This document shows, piece after piece, positions 57,311 to 64,000 of a stretch of 64,000 bases of DNA. A model generated the notes under the pieces. That model worked only from the letters and a program-made list of their open reading frames with translations, was not told where the DNA came from and ran no database searches. Source of the DNA: a virus (taxonomy: Duplodnaviria > Caudoviricetes); the IMG/VR virus record IMGVR_UViG_2654587505_000001, positions 64,001-128,000 of that record; one strand, 5' to 3'. The stretch's first letter is position 1. Each line of letters begins with the position of its first letter. The translations under genes were made by a program, and so were the position numbers.

Positions 57311-57706
57311 AAACAATCAAATTGAACTACATCAAAAAAGTGTAGATTATGTTAAAGAAGTATTTTCAAAATACATTGAAGTGGAACAATTAGACTCAAT
57401 TGTAACAAATCCTATCATACATATTTATCCTAAAAAAGATACATATGAGCAAGATGGAAAATTGAATGGCTACATAGATGCATTGTTTTCTGAGTTTCAT
57501 GTTTATGATACTGAGAAGAAGACCGTTTGGAAAAGTAAAAGATTGCATGATGGTATTTGTCCTTATGAAGATTTATATGTTAATCAAATTAAAATTTTTA
57601 AAGATTTAAGCACAATGATTTCCTTAAAAGGAAAGTACATAGTAAGTGGATCGTATACGACTTTCGATATTTATAAATACCGTTAAAATTACGTTTTCAT
57701 TAGGAG

Positions 57707-59041
57707 GTGATAAATATGAACAAGTTAAAAATCGTAGAGTTATTTGCGGGCATTGGAGCATGGAGTAAAGCATTAGAGAGATTAAACATAGAACACGAAG
57801 TTGTTTATGTAGTAGAATTCGATAAAAAAACTATTGATTCGTATAATATTATACATAACACAAATTTTGAACCAATAGACATTACACAAATTAACCCTAA
57901 ATCAGTTCCAGATTGCGACATAATCTTTTACTCTCCTCCTTGTCAAGCATTTAGTATTGCAGGAAAACAAAATGGATTTGGTGATCCAAGAGGAACTTTA
58001 TTCTTCGATGCGTTCAAGATTATTCAAGAAAAGAAACCAAAATATGCAATTATGGAAAATGTTAAGGGACTCACGCAAAAGAAATTTCAGTTTGAGTTTG
58101 AAACCATGTTTCAACTTTTAGAACAAGAAGGATACAAAAATTATTGGAAAGTATTAAATGCAAAAGATTATGGAATTCCACAAAATCGGGAAAGAGTATT
58201 TATTATAAGTATTAGAAATGATATTGAACAAGAGTTTGAGTTTCCTAAGTCATTTGACAATGGGTTAAGATTAAGAGATTTACTGGAAGAAGAAGTTGAT
58301 GAGAAGTTTTATATAGGTGCAGATAAAGTTGAAAAATTAATAAGAGAATTAAAAGAAAAAGACTTTCTTAACGTCATTGCTGTGAAAGGTGATTTACTAA
58401 CAAGAAACAACCCTCAGAGACAATATGGTTTTAATGAAAAAATGTTTACAATTCGTTCTGCTGTTCAGCATGGGGTATTAATTATTGACGATACACAAGG
58501 ATTTGACGGAATTAGATATTATGAAGATATTGTTCCCTCATTAAGAAGTCAAAGAAGTGGACTTAAAACCTTAGAAGTTAGACCGTGTTTAACTCCAGAT
58601 AGAATTAATAAAAGACAAAATGGACGAAGATTTAAAGAAAATAATGATCCATCTTTTACCATAAACACGCAGGATAAACATGGAATATTACAAATTGGGT
58701 TGCTTGACATTAAAGGAAATGAACAAATTAGACGAGTATATAGCCCAGAAGGGATATCCCCTACTATTAGTACAATGCAGGGGGGAAATAGACAACCAAA
58801 AATTATACTAGTCAAAAAGAGTGACAAATATTATTTTGTGTCGATCAGGAAATTAACACCACTTGAGTGCATAAGGCTTATGGGGTTTGACGATGAAGAC
58901 TACATAAAACTAAAAAATAAGAAAATATCAAACAGTCAAATTTATAAAATGGCAGGGAATAGTATAGTAATTGATGTCGTTGAAGCAATTTTAAAACAAT
59001 TGTTTATACATAATAATGAAAAAGTAATAAATAAAAAATAA
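57707..59041 (+). CDS. C5-cytosine methyltransferase with a long variable region (possibly multispecific)
   Basis: ELFAGIG, SPPCQ, ENV, QNRER and AGNS. Confidence 0.92.
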   Translation: MINMNKLKIVELFAGIGAWSKALERLNIEHEVVYVVEFDKKTIDSYNIIHNTNFEPIDITQINPKSVPDCDIIFYSPPCQAFSIAGKQNGFGDPRGTLFFDAFKIIQEKKPKYAIMENVKGLTQKKFQFEFETMFQLLEQEGYKNYWKVLNAKDYGIPQNRERVFIISIRNDIEQEFEFPKSFDNGLRLRDLLEEEVDEKFYIGADKVEKLIRELKEKDFLNVIAVKGDLLTRNNPQRQYGFNEKMFTIRSAVQHGVLIIDDTQGFDGIRYYEDIVPSLRSQRSGLKTLEVRPCLTPDRINKRQNGRRFKENNDPSFTINTQDKHGILQIGLLDIKGNEQIRRVYSPEGISPTISTMQGGNRQPKIILVKKSDKYYFVSIRKLTPLECIRLMGFDDEDYIKLKNKKISNSQIYKMAGNSIVIDVVEAILKQLFIHNNEKVINKK

Positions 59042-59350
59042 AATCTATCTGTTTTAATGGATTAATTTATCTTTAATGAGGAAACAAATAATTAATTTTA
59101 GGAAGTGAAAATAAAATGGAAGTTCAAAAAGAACAGCATATTAAAAAAGTCGAATATAAATGTCCAAAATGTCTTAACGGGATGCTACTACCAACAGGAT
59201 TAATGTATATGACTTATCCTGCCAAGTATCCACATAAATGCACAGACGAAAAATGTAAATATCAAGAAGTGTTAAATGAGTTGTATCCGAAAATTGTATT
59301 TGAAGATAAATAAGATAAAACTTTGTTTTCATTAGGTTTGAGGTGGTAAA

Positions 59351-59911
59351 TTGGCTAGAGTAACAAAGTGTCGAAGCTGCTTAGTTAAAGATCAGTCAGA
59401 AAAAGTAAAAGTTGATAACATGTATTTTCATGATGGTGAATGTTTAGACAAGTATCGAAAGCATAAACAGTTTCTTGAAAAAGAAAAGCAACAAAAAGAC
59501 GAATTATTTTATAAACTTTTAAAAATACATAACATAGAAAAGACAATTGAAATCCCTCCACTTTTTTATATGAAAATTGAGGAAATTAGAAATGATTCGG
59601 GTTTACTTGGAAAAGTAGATAAAAGATATAAAGAGGGAGTTCCTTATAATGCAATAAGTTACACATATGATTACTGTAAAAAAAATATAGAGAATGTCTT
59701 ATTAAACATGAATTTTGAAAATAAGTTAGGTGAAATGTACTATTGTCTTGCTATTGTTAGGAATAATATTGTGGATGCTTATAATCACAAACTCAATCAA
59801 ATGAAACAAGAGAAGATACAAAAAGAAGTCGTAACACAAGACATGTCATTAGATTATGAAACACCAAAAAGAATAAGAAAAGATGAAATGGATATTTCGG
59901 ATATTCTATAG
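59351..59911 (+). CDS. Replication-associated protein (SPbeta YorH-like position)
   Basis: N-terminal CxxC..HxxC, acidic tail DISDIL; directly upstream of the helicase. Confidence 0.55.
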   Translation: MARVTKCRSCLVKDQSEKVKVDNMYFHDGECLDKYRKHKQFLEKEKQQKDELFYKLLKIHNIEKTIEIPPLFYMKIEEIRNDSGLLGKVDKRYKEGVPYNAISYTYDYCKKNIENVLLNMNFENKLGEMYYCLAIVRNNIVDAYNHKLNQMKQEKIQKEVVTQDMSLDYETPKRIRKDEMDISDIL

Positions 59912-59924
59912 GGAGTGATTTTCA

Positions 59925-61460
59925 ATTACTAATTACATAGATGCATTTGTTGTACCAAGTGAAATTCATGAATCAATGTTTGTAGGATATCTTTGGAATA
60001 AACCAGCTTTATATTCAAAATATAAATCACATAAAATTGAGAAAAGTACTTTCACGAAAAGCATATGGTACTTTTATTATTACATAGGGAAAGAAATGTA
60101 CGAAAACGGAATTAGATCTTTCGAAGACACTACAGTTTATTCTTTTTTAGTGTCCAGACCTCAAGAAGCAGGTAAAAAATCATTTTTAGACGCTTATAAT
60201 GAGTTTGGTGGATACGATACCATATTTACGCTAATGGAAGAATGTAATAAGGATCGAGAGAATGATGAGTATCATTTTAGCGAAATTCAAAAGTATGAAA
60301 GTCTTAGAAAACTTCAAGAACTCAATTTTTTAAACGTTCACAGTGAAGAATTTATAAATAAATTAGCTAAACTCTCATTAAAACAAGTAATGTCGTTCTG
60401 CCAACACAAGTTTAAAACAGCATTTTCTCAAATTAATTCGGGAGATGTTATAGAATATAATTTGACTGAAGATATCGAAGAAGTGGTTGATGAATTGGAT
60501 TTAGGTGAAGAAGTTGGACTACCGCTATTTGATTCTCCAAGACTGTCAAAAAAGATTAACGGACAAAAACTTGGGAATTTAATGTACTTGGTTTTATCTT
60601 CAGGTGTCGGTAAAAGTAGTATTGTTACAGAGAAATTTGTGCTATCGATATTTGAACATAATATTAAAGCGCTTGATCCTGAAAGTGGTTTGAATTTTGA
60701 AAAAGCATTAATTTTTGTGAACGAAGAAGGTAAAAAACGTTGGCAAGCTCGCTTATTAGCAACTGTCGCTTCCAGAATACTAAAAAAACCTATTGCGCGT
60801 GATGTTGTAAACAGAGGTGGTTACAGTAAAGAAAATAAAGAAACATTAAAAGAGGCAGCAAAATGGTTAAAACAAAATCAACCTGACTACATTAAACTCA
60901 TTGTTCTTAAAAAGTATCGAATTGAAGATGTAATCAGCAGAATTGAACTTTATCGACCTCTTGGATACAAACATATTTATTTCGACACATTTAAACCAGA
61001 GGTATCACAACAGGCTGACCGATGGTTAGCATTCTCTAATTCTGCTCAAGAATTATATGATTGTATAAAAGAAGAGGCGAATAATTGCTCTTGTTTAGCT
61101 ACAGTTCAAATGAAAATTGGTAAAGAGTTTAGATATATTGATTTAGATAGTATTGGTAAATCAATGGAGATTGTTGAGGTTGCTGCAATTGTTATGGCTG
61201 GACGACTCATTTACGCAGATGAATATGAAGGTGGTAAAAACCCTATATATGCCTACAACTATGAAAAAGATGCTTTTAGTTCGAAATGGGTGAGAAAGAC
61301 ATATAAGCTTGATCCCGAAAAGAAATATCTAATCCTATTCTTACCTAAAAATCGTGAGGGATCTGAAGATGAGCAAATTGTATTTGAGGTTCTTCAAGAT
61401 TTTAATATTTGGAGAGAAGTTGCCTACGCTCAAGTCAAAAACACGGGAATAAACAAATAA
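59925..61460 (+). CDS. DnaB-like replicative helicase (YorI-like), probable ATT start
   Basis: SSGVGKSS, FVNEE, YFDTFK, TVQ and KNREG. Confidence 0.85.
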   Translation: MTNYIDAFVVPSEIHESMFVGYLWNKPALYSKYKSHKIEKSTFTKSIWYFYYYIGKEMYENGIRSFEDTTVYSFLVSRPQEAGKKSFLDAYNEFGGYDTIFTLMEECNKDRENDEYHFSEIQKYESLRKLQELNFLNVHSEEFINKLAKLSLKQVMSFCQHKFKTAFSQINSGDVIEYNLTEDIEEVVDELDLGEEVGLPLFDSPRLSKKINGQKLGNLMYLVLSSGVGKSSIVTEKFVLSIFEHNIKALDPESGLNFEKALIFVNEEGKKRWQARLLATVASRILKKPIARDVVNRGGYSKENKETLKEAAKWLKQNQPDYIKLIVLKKYRIEDVISRIELYRPLGYKHIYFDTFKPEVSQQADRWLAFSNSAQELYDCIKEEANNCSCLATVQMKIGKEFRYIDLDSIGKSMEIVEVAAIVMAGRLIYADEYEGGKNPIYAYNYEKDAFSSKWVRKTYKLDPEKKYLILFLPKNREGSEDEQIVFEVLQDFNIWREVAYAQVKNTGINK

Positions 61461-61483
61461 GGCTTCTTAAGAGGAAGTGAAAA

Positions 61484-62572
61484 ATGGACAATGACTTCAA
61501 ACTAATAAAACAAAAAATACTAAATGAAAATAAAGTTGAAGAATTGTTATTACACATGGAATGTGAACATGTAACTCTTAAAGGAAATCGATTTGAAGCT
61601 CAATTACCATCAAAATTTAAAAGTGATAATAAACGATCAGTACAAGTTTATTTAAATGAAAGAATATCATGTAGAATTCGCTCAAGAGGATTTTCTGAAG
61701 GAGATATTTTCAAGCTTGTTTCATTTATTATTTTTGAATGTTTCACAGAAGAATCTCAGAATAAACATAAGTATAAATCTAAAAAATGGATATGTGAAAA
61801 ATTAGGATATTATGAATTCATAAACGGTAATTATTATTCACAGCAAAAACAGGAAGATCCCTTAAAGTGGCTTAAAGAAGTCAGGAAAAAAAGAGTAAAA
61901 AAGAATCTGAATAATACATATGAAAACAAAATTTTACCTGAAGAAGTATTAAATCAATTTGTAATGTTTCCGTATCTACCATACATTGAAGAAGGTATAA
62001 GTTATGAAACACAAATAGAATTTGAAATTGGTTTCGATATTCAATCTTCCAGAATTATATATCCAATACATAATCGGTTTGGAGACATTATTTCAATTAA
62101 GGGACGAACCATTGATCCAGATTATAAAAAAAAAGGCATTTACAAGTTCATCTATCTGTACAATTACAATAAAATAATTGAATGGTATAATTGGCATAGA
62201 GCATTATACTACATCCTTGAGAAAAAAGAAGTTATAATTTTTGAGGGAGAAAAATCTTGCTGGTTGGCAACACAATATGGTTATCGTAATTGTATTGCCA
62301 TTGGGGGGGATGATATAAGTGATTTTCAATCTCAAATGATTAAAAACTTAGGGATTGAAATCAAGATTATCATAGCACTAGACAAAGATAAATCAGTAGA
62401 TGATTTTAAAAAACAAGCAAAAAAGTTCGGAAACGCCAGACAGGTTTATGCTCTCTGGGATGGTGAAACAAATTTATTGTCAGAGGAGTTGAAACATAGT
62501 CCAGTCGATCTTGGAATAGATGTTTTTGAAAAACTTTATAAAAAATGCTTCTTTTATAGAATTATCGCATAA
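61484..62572 (+). CDS. DNA primase (TOPRIM; YorJ-like)
   Basis: RIIYPI..G..ISIKGR, FEGEKS, ALDKD. Confidence 0.85.
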   Translation: MDNDFKLIKQKILNENKVEELLLHMECEHVTLKGNRFEAQLPSKFKSDNKRSVQVYLNERISCRIRSRGFSEGDIFKLVSFIIFECFTEESQNKHKYKSKKWICEKLGYYEFINGNYYSQQKQEDPLKWLKEVRKKRVKKNLNNTYENKILPEEVLNQFVMFPYLPYIEEGISYETQIEFEIGFDIQSSRIIYPIHNRFGDIISIKGRTIDPDYKKKGIYKFIYLYNYNKIIEWYNWHRALYYILEKKEVIIFEGEKSCWLATQYGYRNCIAIGGDDISDFQSQMIKNLGIEIKIIIALDKDKSVDDFKKQAKKFGNARQVYALWDGETNLLSEELKHSPVDLGIDVFEKLYKKCFFYRIIA

Positions 62573-62871
62573 GAAAAAACCTTTGTTTATAAGGTTTTTT
62601 CATCTTAAAAACCTGATAAAATCCACCTTTTATTGTCTCACAAAAATAAAATCGAATTAAATATTAAACTAAAAAATACACAAACTTTATAAATGAAGTA
62701 TTGTGTATTTTTTATTCTTATGATATATTCTAACTATAAACAAATTATAGAAAACGAGGTGATAAAATATGTTGTGGGGGGTTCTTTGTGTAGGATGGTT
62801 ATTCGCAATATTGTTAATATGTAAGTTCTTTAGCGTAACTTCTGATAAAAAATAATACATAATAAAGGTGA

Positions 62872-63249
62872 TTGAATACAGTGTGTTTCAGCAGCATAGA
62901 TGAAATCATAGCACATTATACAAGTGAACTTCAAAATAAAAAAAGGAGAATGAATTTGAAAATTACACCAAAAGCATTGAAACAATTTCAAGAATTATGT
63001 CCGTTGAGTAGTAGTAAATGTAATAGTTATCATGAAATTGAGTATAAAATTCATCGTTGCATTCAGTTAGGTGAAATTGCTGCATTAAATAATGATGGAT
63101 CGAGACAAGTAAATTATTATCATCTCAAGTTTACAATTAAAGGTGATAAAGTAATTGATATTAGAAAAGATAAAGGAGGAAGGTATGTTCACGTAAGCGA
63201 AAAAGCAAAAAATGAATATGATATAATACATAGTAAGATTATGGTTTAA
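62872..63249 (+). CDS. Hypothetical phage protein
   Basis: ORF with RBSs at both 62872 and 62949. Confidence 0.65.
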   Translation: MNTVCFSSIDEIIAHYTSELQNKKRRMNLKITPKALKQFQELCPLSSSKCNSYHEIEYKIHRCIQLGEIAALNNDGSRQVNYYHLKFTIKGDKVIDIRKDKGGRYVHVSEKAKNEYDIIHSKIMV

Positions 63250-63270
63250 TAAAAAAGGAGGTTTAATTAA

Positions 63271-64000
63271 ATGAAGATTTATATGCTTGGAAAAGGTGTG
63301 TATAAGGATTATCGTGAGATTGTAAAAGGAAATAAGAATATCACAGTAGAATTAGCACAAAGAAAATTAACTAGAAATGTGCATTTGTCTCATCGAGTAA
63401 AAATTAGCAAAGATATTGAATTGTGTTTTTATGGAAAACTACATATTTATATAAAAAATGATAAAAAGATTATAAAAATATTCAATGCAGGTTATACATA
63501 TCCTTGGTTTAAGAGAGATAAAGAAAAATATAATCAATTAAACGAAGTATTAGGACTTATGAAAAAGAAATCTGAGACAACTAATAAGTTGGCGACAAAC
63601 GCACAAGAGTTAACCGAAGCTATGAAAGATTTAATTCCAAAGAATATTACCACAAATGATGTTCATTTTATATGTATAGGAACAGACAGATCGACTGGCG
63701 ATTCATTGTCTCCTATGATTGGTACAGAATTATCAAGGTTAGGGTACAAAGTTGATGGAAACTTGGAAACACCAGTACATGCCATGAACATTAATGAATA
63801 TGTTGAGAAATTACCGAAAGATAAAACAATTATCGCTATTGGTTCCGTTTTAGGGAAATTAGAGAATGTAGAAAAAATCCAATTTTCAAAAGGAGGTCAT
63901 AGAACAGGTGCAGGTGTGGGGAGGGAGGGATTACCAATAGTTGGTGATTATTCTATTGGTGGCATAGTTAATGTAAGTGGATATATGGAATATTTTGTGC
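63271..64000 (+). CDS. yyaC: Phage N-terminal domain fused to a YyaC-like spore protease domain; 3'-truncated by the window edge
   Basis: Continuous frame from ATG 63271; CIGTDRSTGDSL.P, PVHA, GAGVG..LP.VGD and GIVN. Confidence 0.85.
   Translation, partial: MKIYMLGKGVYKDYREIVKGNKNITVELAQRKLTRNVHLSHRVKISKDIELCFYGKLHIYIKNDKKIIKIFNAGYTYPWFKRDKEKYNQLNEVLGLMKKKSETTNKLATNAQELTEAMKDLIPKNITTNDVHFICIGTDRSTGDSLSPMIGTELSRLGYKVDGNLETPVHAMNINEYVEKLPKDKTIIAIGSVLGKLENVEKIQFSKGGHRTGAGVGREGLPIVGDYSIGGIVNVSGYMEYFV

Larger units (their letters stand above)
2106..62633. repeat. Dispersed palindromic junction site ATRAAA-N(5-7)-TTTYAT, about 60-70 copies
   Basis: Examples: 2106-2123, 2845-2862, 6166-6183, 10020-10037, 13320-13337, 16761-16778, 22545-22562, 26560-26577, 32879-32896, 39482-39499, 43683-43700, 49416-49433, 53711-53728, 59315-59332, 62616-62633. 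Confidence 0.9.

Noticed and set aside
6166-59332. Junction palindromes as rho-independent terminators
   Set aside because: The AT-only 6-bp arms have frequent mismatches and no GC stem. Real terminators occur separately (e.g. 5277-5303, 8072-8108, 41424-41450).
2106-62633. Junction palindromes as a CRISPR array or classical integron attC sites
   Set aside because: The intervening DNA is whole genes, not 30-40-bp spacers. There are no cas genes, no RYYYAAC/GTTRRRY cores and no intI.
1-64000. tRNA/rRNA genes, arbitrium aimR/aimP, virion structural genes
   Set aside because: None recognisable by eye in this window.

Overview
This AT-rich window looks like the early/replication arm of a large SPbeta-like temperate phage or prophage of a Bacillales host. 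Almost all genes are on the + strand. Conserved blocks are a YopQ/YopR(MrpR)-like regulator pair; two SSB-like genes, a Sak4-like ATPase, a lytic transglycosylase, Tmk and an HD hydrolase; and a helicase-primase module. Long runs of small hypothetical ORFs lie between them, along with four DNA methyltransferases, several nucleases, an orphan MazF, an alarmone hydrolase, IS200/IS605 and IS607 elements with TnpB, and ISL3-type mini-elements. The main unexplained structure is a palindromic site, (tCCr)ATRAAA-N6-TTTYAT(yGGa), with a variable ~6-bp spacer. By eye it occurs about 60-70 times, at most junctions between accessory genes but not inside the core operons. It divides the region into one- or two-gene units that resemble an integron- or pdif-like gene-cassette array. 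No intact cognate recombinase is visible in the window. All family calls come from motif recognition by eye, not database searches.
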